A stretch of DNA of 64,000 bases from a virus. Positions 37,850 to 47,406 of this stretch are shown piece after piece. The translations under genes and the position numbers were made by a program. How positions within the stretch are numbered: the stretch's first letter is position 1; every line of letters starts with the position of its first letter. The notes below the pieces were generated by a model that searched no databases, had not been told where the DNA came from, and saw only the letters and a program-made list of their open reading frames with translations. The DNA lies in the IMG/VR virus record IMGVR_UViG_3300044729_002487, positions 1-64,000 of that record, one strand, 5' to 3'.

Positions 37850-39577
37850 ATGAATTTGAATTCTTTATTACCTCATGATGCTCAAAGTACTCAAAACAAA
37901 GTTGCTATCGCTTTAGAAAAGAAGTGGCAACGTACAGGTCTTTTAGAAGGACTTGATAATGAGGTTGAGCGCAGAGGAATGGCGGTTCTATTAGAGAACC
38001 AAGCAAAACAATTGGTAACAGAAGCTAACGCAACTTCTACTTCTGCAAATGCTGAAGAGTGGGCTGGTGTTGCTTTACCATTAGTACGTCGTATCTTTGC
38101 TGAAATTGCAGCTAAAGATTTCGTTTCTGTACAACCTATGAACCTTCCTTCTGGACTAGTATTCTTCTTGGATTTCAAGTATGGTACCGCTCAGCAAGTA
38201 AAAGGATCTACCGCTGGTGGTAATGATTTTTTAACTGGCCAAGGACGTAAGTCTCAAGGTGATTCAGTATTTGGTATTACTGATGCTGGTGGTCTTGGAA
38301 CTGAGGCAGCTGGTGGAACTGCTCCATCCGAAGGTCTTTATGGTGCTGGACGTTTTGGTTATACAATCAATGACGTGACATCATCTACTTTCACATTGGC
38401 TAACTCTGTAACATCTGCTCGTACAGGATCTGTTGCAGTTGGTACTGGTGTATTCTCAAACGGTGGTAACTTAACAGGTGCTAGATTTGATTATGTTACT
38501 AACTACAATTCAGAATTATCTGCATCAGTAGTTTCTACCGGAGCTGGACCATTTACTATCTTATCAATTCCTACCGCATCATTGAGCAATCCTGACTTGA
38601 ATGGTCTTCGTGCATTCAACGTACAAGGTACTAACTTAGATGCTGTATATCCTGAATTCACTCGCCTTTCTAAAGGAAAAGGTCATATTGAATTCTTAGT
38701 TGAAGCTGATAGCGACTTGAATGCAGTAACAGTAATCTACCAAAAACAACCAGGTGCTGCTAGCCGTGGTGATTTTGAAGATCCAACTGCACTTACAAAT
38801 AACGTTAAAGCTGCTTATTTAGATATCCCAGAAATTAACTTGGAACTTCGTTCTGAAGCAATCGTTGCTAAGACTCGTAAGTTAAAAGCAATCTGGTCTC
38901 CTGAATTCGCTCAAGACCTTAACGCATACCACTCAATTGATGCTGAAGCTGAATTAACTTCTATGTTATCTGAGTACATCTCCCAAGAGATTGACCTAGA
39001 GATCTTAGACATGTTGATCCAAAATGCTCAGACAGTCGATCGTTGGTCTGCTAAAATTGGTTTTGAGTGGTCTGCCGCTTCTAACTCATTCGTTCAGTCT
39101 AATGCTACTGCTCAAGCATACAACCAAGGAACTTGGTTCCAAACATTAGGAACTAAAATCCAGAAAGTAAGCAACCGTATTCACCAATTAACAGTACGTG
39201 GTGGAGCAAACTTCTTAGTATGTTCTCCATCTGTAGCTACTATCCTTGAGTCAATCCCAGGATATGCTGCTGATACTGATGGTGATAAAATGCAGTTTGC
39301 AATGGGTGTACAAAAAGTTGGTGCTATTAATAATAGATTCCAAGTTTATAAAAACCCATACATGACTGAAAATGTAATCCTTATGGGTTATAGAGGATCT
39401 CAATTCCTTGAAACAGGTGCTGTATATGCTCCATATGTTCCGTTGATCATGACTCCATTAGTGTACGATCCTAACAACTTTACACCAAGAAAAGGTGTTA
39501 TGACTCGTTACGCTAAGAAAATGGTTCGTCCAGAATTCTACGGAAAAGTATATGTTTCTGCATTGGATACCATCTAA
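37850..39577 (+). CDS. gp23: major capsid protein (T4 gp23-like)
   Basis: VSVQPMNLPSGLVF, AKTRKLKAIWSPEFAQDLNAYHSIDAEAEL, YAPYVPL, FTPRKGVMTRY. Confidence 0.97.
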   Translation: MNLNSLLPHDAQSTQNKVAIALEKKWQRTGLLEGLDNEVERRGMAVLLENQAKQLVTEANATSTSANAEEWAGVALPLVRRIFAEIAAKDFVSVQPMNLPSGLVFFLDFKYGTAQQVKGSTAGGNDFLTGQGRKSQGDSVFGITDAGGLGTEAAGGTAPSEGLYGAGRFGYTINDVTSSTFTLANSVTSARTGSVAVGTGVFSNGGNLTGARFDYVTNYNSELSASVVSTGAGPFTILSIPTASLSNPDLNGLRAFNVQGTNLDAVYPEFTRLSKGKGHIEFLVEADSDLNAVTVIYQKQPGAASRGDFEDPTALTNNVKAAYLDIPEINLELRSEAIVAKTRKLKAIWSPEFAQDLNAYHSIDAEAELTSMLSEYISQEIDLEILDMLIQNAQTVDRWSAKIGFEWSAASNSFVQSNATAQAYNQGTWFQTLGTKIQKVSNRIHQLTVRGGANFLVCSPSVATILESIPGYAADTDGDKMQFAMGVQKVGAINNRFQVYKNPYMTENVILMGYRGSQFLETGAVYAPYVPLIMTPLVYDPNNFTPRKGVMTRYAKKMVRPEFYGKVYVSALDTI

Positions 39578-39622
39578 TAGTTATTTAGTAATTGACAAAT
39601 GACAATTGCTTAATGCGAGAAA

Positions 39623-39646
39623 GGGAGGCTTCGGTCTCCCTTTTTT
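39623..39646 (+). terminator. intrinsic terminator after MCP
   Basis: GGGAGGC-TTCG-GTCTCCC followed by T6; cUUCGg tetraloop. Confidence 0.92.
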
Positions 39647-39693
39647 ACTATCGTAACACATGTAACTACATATTTATATTAAAAGGAAAAAGT

Positions 39694-40095
39694 ATGTCCG
39701 CAGGAAGATATTCGTTTGTCATTGAACAAGGTGCAACTTTAGATTTAGAAATCGTTTATAAAGATGCATCAGGTACGCCTGTAAATTTATCCGGATATAC
39801 CGCTGCGATGCAGATACGAAATACTCAAGGCGGTTCGACATTATATGCTACATTAACATCGAGTTTAGGTAATGTATATAATAAAAAATCAGGATCGGCA
39901 TTTTTAAGTTTATCAGGAAGTACATTAGCAAAACCATTGGCATCAGGAAGTATTGGTGTATATATAGGTCACACTGTAACTAATGGATTTACGTTTAACG
40001 AAGGTTATTATGATTTAGAGTTAACTAATGGTCAAACTCGAGTTCGATTATTAGAAGGTAAAGTTCAAGTATTAAAGCAGGTGACTACAGTATAA
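39694..40095 (+). CDS. Ig/BppU-like virion protein (true start 39694)
   Basis: IEQGATL..VNLSGYTAAMQIR..YYDLEL..RLLEGKV; ATG follows ATATTTAT and AAAGGA, downstream of the terminator. Confidence 0.6.
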   Translation: MSAGRYSFVIEQGATLDLEIVYKDASGTPVNLSGYTAAMQIRNTQGGSTLYATLTSSLGNVYNKKSGSAFLSLSGSTLAKPLASGSIGVYIGHTVTNGFTFNEGYYDLELTNGQTRVRLLEGKVQVLKQVTTV

Positions 40096-40595
40096 TGAGC
40101 TTATCAGTACAAAAAAATATTAATGATGTAAAAGTTACTCGACCGGCGTCGAATCTAATTATTACAGACAATAGAAAAGGTACTACGGTAACAGTTACTA
40201 AACCAAATGATGTAATTACTGTTACAAATTTATCCGGATTACAAGGAGCAGCTGGATTGCAAGGACCTCAAGGACCAGTTGGACCTGCAGGCCCTGTACG
40301 GCCATTTATTGCCACAGGAAGTATTTCTGCAAGTGTAAACATAGGCACGAATATCTTCTTTGTAAATTCAGGTAACCAAACGTTCTTAAACCTAACCAAT
40401 CAAGGCTCTTTTACGGTAGCGAGTAGTGCACAAAATGTATTCTTAATTAAGAATGTAAATACTAATGCTGCTATATTAACTGTTAGTCAGAGTGGTATAG
40501 TAAAATTTGCAACTCAATCGAATAATCCAATTGGTTCAACAACTGCAGGATCGATATATTTCACATCATCATCATTATTCATTGGATTAGAATAA
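40095..40595 (+). CDS. fibre-like protein with short collagen segment
   Basis: GLQGAAGLQGPQGPVGPAGPV (7 G-X-Y triplets). Confidence 0.55.
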   Translation: MSLSVQKNINDVKVTRPASNLIITDNRKGTTVTVTKPNDVITVTNLSGLQGAAGLQGPQGPVGPAGPVRPFIATGSISASVNIGTNIFFVNSGNQTFLNLTNQGSFTVASSAQNVFLIKNVNTNAAILTVSQSGIVKFATQSNNPIGSTTAGSIYFTSSSLFIGLE

Positions 40596-40640
40596 TTGAT
40601 AACAGTATATTTATTATAAATGATTTAGTAAAGGAATAAA

Positions 40641-41594
40641 ATGGCAACTTGGAAAAAGGTAGCAGTCTCGGGTAGTAATATATCTCAGTTCGTAAACGAT
40701 AAAAATTATTTAACATCGGTATCTGCACAGCATGCATTTTCAACTGCATCGTTTTTATCAACGCAGATGTTGGCAGGCGGATCAAATGGTAATTTAACAT
40801 TTGCTTCATCTTCTGCATCTGGTTTGAAAATTTCAGCTAATGCTGGTACTGATACCGTAACATTTAGTTTGAGTAGTGTACCTAATTCAAGCTTGGCAAA
40901 TTCATCCGTAACTATAGGCGGTACGGCTATAAGTTTAGGTGGATCATCTAATGGGCCATTTAGCGGACTTACATTAACTAATCTTAAAGCTTCTGGATCA
41001 TTCTCTGGATCGTTTAGAGGTAATGGATCTGGATTGACTGGTATTGCGACTACATTAAATATTAATGCCGGTACCGGTGGTCCAAGTACTGTTGCATTGA
41101 CATCGCAAACATTGACAGTTGCTGGCACTAGTAATGAAGTAGAAACATCTGTATCTGGTCAAACTATTACAGTTGGATTACCAAATGATGTAACTGTCAG
41201 CAATAATTTAACAGTTGGTGGTAACTTAAATGTACAAGGTACAATAACTTATGTTAACACTACTGATTTATTAGTTGAAGATAAATTCATTTTATTAGCA
41301 TCAGGTTCTGCTACAGCAGGCGATGGCGGTATTATAATAGACCGCGGTTCTGATGGTAACGGAAATATTGCATACGGATATGACTCGTCAACAGATCGTT
41401 GGGGATTCCAAAATGGTATCGCTGATTCATCTAATGCATTAGACCCAACCTCAGGTAACGGTGTAAATGGAGCATTTGTTGGATATGTATTCACAGAGGC
41501 AGCTCATACTGCAACAAAACCAACTACGGGTGAATTTGTTGTCGCCGGCGCTGTTTATACATCTACGGCGGGCGATATTTGGATTTATTCATAA
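40641..41594 (+). CDS. fibre/whisker protein
   Basis: MATWKKVAVSGSN start shared with 42097; SGSFSGSFRGNGSGLTGI; NLTVGGNLNVQGTITYVNT..VEDKFILL. Confidence 0.6.
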   Translation: MATWKKVAVSGSNISQFVNDKNYLTSVSAQHAFSTASFLSTQMLAGGSNGNLTFASSSASGLKISANAGTDTVTFSLSSVPNSSLANSSVTIGGTAISLGGSSNGPFSGLTLTNLKASGSFSGSFRGNGSGLTGIATTLNINAGTGGPSTVALTSQTLTVAGTSNEVETSVSGQTITVGLPNDVTVSNNLTVGGNLNVQGTITYVNTTDLLVEDKFILLASGSATAGDGGIIIDRGSDGNGNIAYGYDSSTDRWGFQNGIADSSNALDPTSGNGVNGAFVGYVFTEAAHTATKPTTGEFVVAGAVYTSTAGDIWIYS

Positions 41595-41597
41595 AAA

Positions 41598-41807
41598 ATG
41601 ATACAACAAGTTATGGGAATAGTAAATAAAATTATATCAAAAAATGATAAAACTCAAGTTCTAGATCCGAACATTTTAACGGCTCCGGAGCTTGAGTTTC
41701 TACTTAATACTCTTCGCGGTACAACTATTAAAGGAGAGCAAGTAGAAATGTTTTATAATTTAGTTGTAAAAATACAAAATCAATATATAAATCAAACAGT
41801 AAAATAA
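41598..41807 (+). CDS. small helical protein (possible fibre chaperone)
   Basis: Similar to the following ORF; lies between fibre genes. Confidence 0.4.
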   Translation: MIQQVMGIVNKIISKNDKTQVLDPNILTAPELEFLLNTLRGTTIKGEQVEMFYNLVVKIQNQYINQTVK

Positions 41808-41813
41808 TAAGTT

Positions 41814-42005
41814 ATGGACATGTTCTCAATCGATTTAACACCACAGGAAATTAGTGTGTTACGGCAAGCTTTAGATACGATTACATTAACAGGTAAAGAT
41901 GCAAAGTATATTGCTAGCCTACAAATTAAACTAGAAACAGAATTATCAGAGATTCAAAAACAGCTTAATACACCTCCTGTAAAAACAGGTAAAATCTCCA
42001 AGTAA
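41814..42005 (+). CDS. small helical protein (possible fibre chaperone)
   Basis: LTPQEISVLRQALDTITLTGKD resembles LTAPELEFLLNTLRGTTIKGEQ of the preceding ORF. Confidence 0.4.
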   Translation: MDMFSIDLTPQEISVLRQALDTITLTGKDAKYIASLQIKLETELSEIQKQLNTPPVKTGKISK

Positions 42006-42020
42006 GATATTTATATTAAA

Positions 42021-42081
42021 TGTTGTTGGCCGAAAGGAAGTGGGCACACTCACGGCATAGTGTTTGTAACCAACCGCAACG
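42021..42081 (+). ncRNA. candidate structured cis-regulatory RNA (three-way junction) in fibre gene leader
   Basis: GC-rich island between ATATTTAT and the SD: GTTGG/CCAAC stem, CC-GAAA-GG hairpin, GGGCAC/GTGTTT stem. Confidence 0.5.
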
Positions 42082-42096
42082 TAAAAGGAAAACGAT

Positions 42097-44136
42097 ATGC
42101 CATCTTGGAAAAAGGTCATTACATCTGGCTCTAATGCCTCATTAAATTCTTTATATGCACCAAGCATTACTGGGTCTTTATTAGGAACTGCATCATATGC
42201 ACTAACAGCATCATATTCAAATAATTTACAAATATCGGGTTCAATTAACAATGTAAATTATATTGATTTTAATACTAGCGCATCAATCCCGCCATATCAA
42301 AATGGTAGAATATTTTGGGATAATACAGAAGGTGCACTATCTGTGTATAATTCAGAAGCTGATGTTACTTTACAAGTAGGACAAGAGAATTGGACTCGAG
42401 TGTATAACGATACTGTAGCTACTATCGCAAATGGAGCTCCAGTACGAATTATAGGAACACATGGCGATCATCCAGAAGTGGTATTAGCCGCATCCATACG
42501 AGTATCAGGAAGTTCTAATTTAGTTAATCAGATTTTAGGTTTAGCAACTCATGATATTGAAGCTGGTACATTCGGATATGTAACTACGCAAGGATTAGTA
42601 AGAGGTGTAAATACTTCAGCATTTAATGATGGAGATACTCTATACCTTTCTTCATCGGCAGGACAATTAACATCAACAGTACCGTCAGCACCTTATGAAA
42701 TCGTACCAGTAGGACAAGTTGTAAAAGCAAGTCCCGGAGGAAGTGGTATTATTTATGTTGCAGTTCAACAACCATTAGACTTTACAGATTTAAGTTCTGT
42801 TGCATTAGGGTTAGGAACATATCAAGATGGAGATATTTGGACATATTATGGCCCTACGAAACAATGGAGACATCAAAAACAACTTTCAGGCTCGTATGGT
42901 ATCACAGGATCATTATCAGTACGAGGTAACACCGGTGTTAACGTATTAAATACAAAAACATATACATTACGCGGATCCGGCCCTAGTGCTAGCGTTGACT
43001 GGGAAAGCCGTACATTAAATAATACAGCCGGTACAGCAGTTCTTAACTGGAGAACTTTACAAGGAAGAGATGCTAACAGCAAATTATCATATGAATGGAA
43101 TGTACGTAAATTATATGATGCAAGTGCCACTCAATCGATTGATTGGCGCATACGCACTGCATATGATACATTAGGCACAGGATCAGTTTTATGGAACGAC
43201 CGCCAATTAAGAGATTCGTCATTTAACAGATCCGTAGTATGGAGTACTCGAGTCACATATGACGATGGTAACCGCATATCAATTGATTGGAAAAACCGAC
43301 AATTAATTAATAGTTCTGGTACTATCGCGGTATTGGATTGGCAAACGCAACGAGCATTTAGCACTACTACGTCGCAATCCATTGACTGGAATAATCGAAT
43401 TTTAACTGATGATGGAACGCCGGCTGGAGGCGGGCCACCTCAGACAGCAGTTGACTGGCAAAATCGAGCGCTGAATGATTCGGTTGCTGTGACATCAATT
43501 GACTGGGCCGGTAGAGCTTTATATGATCCAGCTGGCATCCCATCAATTGACTATCGCGGCCGAGATCTCCTTGATTCCACCGGCATAACAGCACTGAATT
43601 ATAATATCACATCTAACGTATCCGCAGTTCAGCAAACTGCCTGGACACGTGCATTGATAGATATTCCGACTGTCGCTGAACCATTAGCATATTGGTCAAA
43701 TTATGGTAAATATCTTCCTACCGGTGAAATACTTGCCAGCGTAACATTTGATGGTTCAGTTGTGGATTATGATTTAGTTGGTATGCGTGAAGATGGAATA
43801 TGGTATTCGCAAGATGCCTCATCAGCAAATGTCGCAACAAAATTATTAGGATTAGCTTTTAATGTTGCCAATGGTGACAACGTATTATTAGAAGGTACTG
43901 CAGTCGTTGCATCTAGTTCATTTGGTAGTGCGTTTCCTAAAGTTGATAAGTTACAATTTGGTGCACCTGTATATCTTAATACAACATCATCTGCCGGTAA
44001 TTACATGTCAACTACGGCACCATCATTATCCGGTCAATTTGTACGAATAATAGGACATGTATATTATCGTAGTACAAATGATCCAGATTTCTATCTAATA
44101 AAATTTAAACCTTCACATGAGTGGTATGAGATATGA
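42097..44136 (+). CDS. tail fibre-like protein with central 16-aa Trp repeats
   Basis: MPSWKKVITSGSN start; GYVTTQGLVRGVNT..GDTLYLS domain; 13 copies of SIDWxxRxLxD. Confidence 0.65.
   Translation: MPSWKKVITSGSNASLNSLYAPSITGSLLGTASYALTASYSNNLQISGSINNVNYIDFNTSASIPPYQNGRIFWDNTEGALSVYNSEADVTLQVGQENWTRVYNDTVATIANGAPVRIIGTHGDHPEVVLAASIRVSGSSNLVNQILGLATHDIEAGTFGYVTTQGLVRGVNTSAFNDGDTLYLSSSAGQLTSTVPSAPYEIVPVGQVVKASPGGSGIIYVAVQQPLDFTDLSSVALGLGTYQDGDIWTYYGPTKQWRHQKQLSGSYGITGSLSVRGNTGVNVLNTKTYTLRGSGPSASVDWESRTLNNTAGTAVLNWRTLQGRDANSKLSYEWNVRKLYDASATQSIDWRIRTAYDTLGTGSVLWNDRQLRDSSFNRSVVWSTRVTYDDGNRISIDWKNRQLINSSGTIAVLDWQTQRAFSTTTSQSIDWNNRILTDDGTPAGGGPPQTAVDWQNRALNDSVAVTSIDWAGRALYDPAGIPSIDYRGRDLLDSTGITALNYNITSNVSAVQQTAWTRALIDIPTVAEPLAYWSNYGKYLPTGEILASVTFDGSVVDYDLVGMREDGIWYSQDASSANVATKLLGLAFNVANGDNVLLEGTAVVASSSFGSAFPKVDKLQFGAPVYLNTTSSAGNYMSTTAPSLSGQFVRIIGHVYYRSTNDPDFYLIKFKPSHEWYEI
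42991..43602 (+). repeat. 13 degenerate ~16-aa repeats (S-I-D-W-x-x-R-x-L-x-D-x-x-G)
   Basis: SVDW, VLNW, SYEW, SIDW, SVLW, SVVW, SIDW, VLDW, SIDW, AVDW, SIDW, SIDY, ALNY at about 16-aa spacing. Confidence 0.85.
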
Positions 44137-44855
44137 GTAATATAAGTAAAATAAACGGTCGATTAATTACGGCACAGACAGCGTCTTTTGCTCATAATGC
44201 AAACAATGCTATAAGTGCTAGTTATGCTCCATATACACCCGGTAATTTATCATCGGCACAAGCTCGAAGAACGTCGGGCTATACATTAACAAATGCATTT
44301 GCATCAATAACATTTGATCGTACAGATGTAGAAAATTATCCAGCTGTTATATCACATGATAATACTAATACAGATAGAATATATGTTTATTTAAATGGGC
44401 TGTATCTAATTCATTATCATGCAGATGTAGGACCTGGTACTGTAAGTGATTTTGAATTTGCAGTTTCAAAAAACGGTATTACCAATAATTTAAGTGGTAG
44501 TTTAACGGCCGGAAAAAATTCTAGTACAGATAAAGTAGTTGCAAGCGCCGATACCATGGTATTATTGAATGCCAATGATTACGTTACATTGGTAGCGCGA
44601 TATCCAGCGTCTTCTGGCGGATTAGCAAATAACGTTGTATTAAGCGTTACTAAAATGGAAGGTGTTGCCGGACCGCAAGGGCCATCCGGATCCGCCGGCG
44701 GTGTAACTCAGATAATTGCAGGTACTAATATAACAATATCACCTACCGGTGGTACTGGGGCGGTAACGATTAATTCAACAGGTGGAAGTGGAAATGTTGA
44801 TTTAGGTAAGGTATTGTCTATAACTCAAATTATGTATCCATTTTCAGGTTTTTAA
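44133..44855 (+). CDS. fibre protein with C1q/TNF-like beta domain and short collagen linker
   Basis: ITFD..GLYLIHY..LNANDYVTL; GVAGPQGPSGSAG; GVTQIIAGTNITISPTGGTGAVTIN. Confidence 0.55.
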   Translation: MSNISKINGRLITAQTASFAHNANNAISASYAPYTPGNLSSAQARRTSGYTLTNAFASITFDRTDVENYPAVISHDNTNTDRIYVYLNGLYLIHYHADVGPGTVSDFEFAVSKNGITNNLSGSLTAGKNSSTDKVVASADTMVLLNANDYVTLVARYPASSGGLANNVVLSVTKMEGVAGPQGPSGSAGGVTQIIAGTNITISPTGGTGAVTINSTGGSGNVDLGKVLSITQIMYPFSGF

Positions 44856-44879
44856 TATTTATATAAAAAGAAAAAGATT

Positions 44880-45338
44880 ATGCCAGCAAATACAAGTCCA
44901 ATTTTCGCATTAACACCTAACATAGGTGACGTAAAGATTACAACAACAGCTGCATTAGTTAGATCAGATGGTTCTGCAGCTAACGCAATAGGTACAGATC
45001 ATTTCCTTGCATTTACGGCAGGAGCGGATGGTTCTTTTATTCAACGTGTAAGATTTATACCAGTTGCATCCGCAGCTGCGGTTACTTCAGTAGCGACAAC
45101 ATTACGAGTATTTTTAAGTACGGTTAATACTGGTACACCTACTGCTGCTAATACTAATCTAATAGCGGAAATATCTGTACCTGCCATATCGACATCAAAC
45201 TCGACTAACGCAGTTAACTACTATGAAATACCATTGAACATTGCAATACCGACTAGTCATTACATTTTAGTTTCGCAACATGTTGCTCAAACAACTAACC
45301 AAAGCTGGCAAGCAATGGTTATTGGTGGCGACTATTAA
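44880..45338 (+). CDS. small fibre-associated structural protein
   Basis: MPANTSPIF..GGDY, beta-rich; ATATTTAT upstream; precedes the Gly-rich adhesins. Confidence 0.45.
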   Translation: MPANTSPIFALTPNIGDVKITTTAALVRSDGSAANAIGTDHFLAFTAGADGSFIQRVRFIPVASAAAVTSVATTLRVFLSTVNTGTPTAANTNLIAEISVPAISTSNSTNAVNYYEIPLNIAIPTSHYILVSQHVAQTTNQSWQAMVIGGDY

Positions 45339-45349
45339 TAGTATATAAT

Positions 45350-46366
45350 ATGTATTTTGGAAATTCATCATCTGACTTTGGCTTCCTACCTCCTAATTTT
45401 AAAGGAGATGTTCAAGTATTTTATCCAACCGGAATAACAGTATCTGCTACTCAGAACTGGCAAAACTGGGCCAAGCCTAAAGGCGTTTCAATGATATATA
45501 TGATGTGTATTGGAGGCGGAGGTGGAGGTGGTGGTGGTCATACCTCCGCTAATGGTTCTACACGCGGAGGAGGTTCTGGAGGAGCATCTAGTGCTTTGAC
45601 TACATTAATACTTCCTGCTTTGTTAGTTCCTGATGCATTGAAAATTGCGGTTGGTTTTGGAGGACAGGGAGGAGCCGCATCTAGTAACGGTACCTCAGGT
45701 AATCCATCTTATATTTCATTAGGTTCTGCATTAACGAATGGGACAGCTATTCCAAACATGATATTAAGAGCAAATGGTGGCGGTAACGGTATTGCTGGTA
45801 CTGGTGCAGCTGGTGGTGGTGTATCGACAGGAGGTGCAGTTACTACAATTGCGAATTTAGGACCTATAGGTAAATTAGGTATGTTTTCGAATAATGGTAC
45901 AGCTGCAAATGCAGGTTATGCCGGCATCGGTGGTAACGCTGGTGGAGCTCAGACTGGGGCTGTAGGAGCGTCAGTAACAACTGTATTTAATACATTTCCA
46001 TTGCATGGTGGAGCAGGAGGTGCTGGTGTAGGTACCGCTGCTAACACCGGATTTGCCGGAGGTTCAATTTCATTGCAAGCGGCAGTAGATTATGAGGGAG
46101 GGACAATGACTCCTGCGTCAAATATCATACCAGCTGGAACTGCGGGTAACGACACAGTCGCTGCCGGAAACGGAAGTGCCGGTATTAAATCATTTCGTCC
46201 ATTTTTAAATACAGGAGGATCTGGAGGCGGTAGTGCTTCAGGCCAAGTTGGAGGACAAGGAGGTCCTGGTGGATATGGTTGTGGCGGCGGCGGCGGCGGT
46301 GGCGGTACTACCGGAGGTCGTGGTGGAGCTGGCGGAGAAGGATTAGTCGTAATAATCAGTTGGTAA
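45350..46366 (+). CDS. glycine-rich adhesin / receptor-binding protein (gp38-like polyglycine)
   Basis: W.KPKGV.MI.M.CIGGGGGGGGG..GGAGGEGLVVIISW. Confidence 0.65.
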   Translation: MYFGNSSSDFGFLPPNFKGDVQVFYPTGITVSATQNWQNWAKPKGVSMIYMMCIGGGGGGGGGHTSANGSTRGGGSGGASSALTTLILPALLVPDALKIAVGFGGQGGAASSNGTSGNPSYISLGSALTNGTAIPNMILRANGGGNGIAGTGAAGGGVSTGGAVTTIANLGPIGKLGMFSNNGTAANAGYAGIGGNAGGAQTGAVGASVTTVFNTFPLHGGAGGAGVGTAANTGFAGGSISLQAAVDYEGGTMTPASNIIPAGTAGNDTVAAGNGSAGIKSFRPFLNTGGSGGGSASGQVGGQGGPGGYGCGGGGGGGGTTGGRGGAGGEGLVVIISW

Positions 46367-46369
46367 GTT

Positions 46370-47347
46370 ATGATATTTGAAAATTCTGATACTGCATTTA
46401 ATTTTTTACCGGCAATGCACCGATCCAATGTGCAAATGTTCCTACCTAATTCAAATGCTGCGACCCAATGGCAACGTTGGCGCAAACCTAAAGGCGTTAC
46501 AATGATTCATATGTTATGTATCGGAGGAGGCGCCGGCGGTGGAGGAGGTCAATCCGCGGCAGGTAACAAAGGCGGTGGAGGCGGAGGAGCATCTGGCACA
46601 ATTGCATCTATCATAATACCTGCAATATTTTTACCAGATTCATTATGGGTTATAGCAGGAGCAGGAGGCAAAGGCGGCGCGGCTGCGACAAATGGCACAG
46701 CTGGTTTAGGAAGTTATATATCATTATCATCCGGCGTTACAGCTGGAACATCAATTCCTAATATTATTTTATTCGCAAATGGCGGAATCCAAGGAACGTC
46801 TGCAAACCCGGGAGGAGCAGGAAGCGCACCCGCAGTTACTACAATCGCCGCATGCGGTCCATTAGCTAAATTAGGATTTATTCCAAATGTGGGAAACGTT
46901 GCTAATGCTAGTATAACAGGTTTAGCTGGAACGGCTGGTGGATCATCAACACTTCCATATACGCCCGGCATAACGACCGGTGCATGGAACGTATTGCCAA
47001 TAACAGGCGGTACAGGCGGTGGCGGAGGAACTAATGCAGCTGCAGGCCCTGGTGGTACCATAACATTACAAGCAGCTACGGATTTCGAAGGTGGCGGAAC
47101 ATATCTCGCCCTTAACACGTTAACGGCTGGTAATCCTGCAGGAGGTTTAGATGGTAACAACGGAATACGGTCATTGAAACCATTTTTAAATACCGGAGGA
47201 ACAGGCGGTGCAGGATCACCATCGGGAACGGGTGGTAAAGGCGGCGACGGTGGTTATGCCTCCGGAGGTGGAGGCGGTGGAGCTGGTGTGACTGGAGGAC
47301 GTGGTGGTAATGGCGGCGACGGTATTGTAATTATTACATGTTGGTAA
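46370..47347 (+). CDS. glycine-rich adhesin paralog
   Basis: Same architecture: WRKPKGVTMIHMLCIGGGAGGGGG..GGRGGNGGDGIVIITCW. Confidence 0.65.
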   Translation: MIFENSDTAFNFLPAMHRSNVQMFLPNSNAATQWQRWRKPKGVTMIHMLCIGGGAGGGGGQSAAGNKGGGGGGASGTIASIIIPAIFLPDSLWVIAGAGGKGGAAATNGTAGLGSYISLSSGVTAGTSIPNIILFANGGIQGTSANPGGAGSAPAVTTIAACGPLAKLGFIPNVGNVANASITGLAGTAGGSSTLPYTPGITTGAWNVLPITGGTGGGGGTNAAAGPGGTITLQAATDFEGGGTYLALNTLTAGNPAGGLDGNNGIRSLKPFLNTGGTGGAGSPSGTGGKGGDGGYASGGGGGGAGVTGGRGGNGGDGIVIITCW

Positions 47348-47406
47348 TCAATCAAAAAATTTCTTATAAACGCGGAGTGTGTGATATTTATTAAAAAGGA
47401 TATTAC

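Noticed and set aside
28604-39577. Introns, inteins or homing endonucleases in terminase, portal or MCP
   Set aside because: ORFs are continuous and of normal size, with no intein termini or HNH/LAGLIDADG/GIY-YIG motifs seen
39592-39693. Upstream start for the 167-aa ORF
   Set aside because: It runs through the MCP terminator; promoter motif and SD support ATG 39694
42021-42081. Assignment as c-di-GMP-II riboswitch, tRNA or hammerhead ribozyme
   Set aside because: Lacks the kink-turn/P2-P3 layout, cloverleaf and CUGANGA core; kept only as an unassigned structured RNA candidate
45350-47347. Diversity-generating retroelement acting on the adhesins
   Set aside because: No reverse transcriptase in the window and no adenine-specific TR/VR pair; the paralogs differ at all base types
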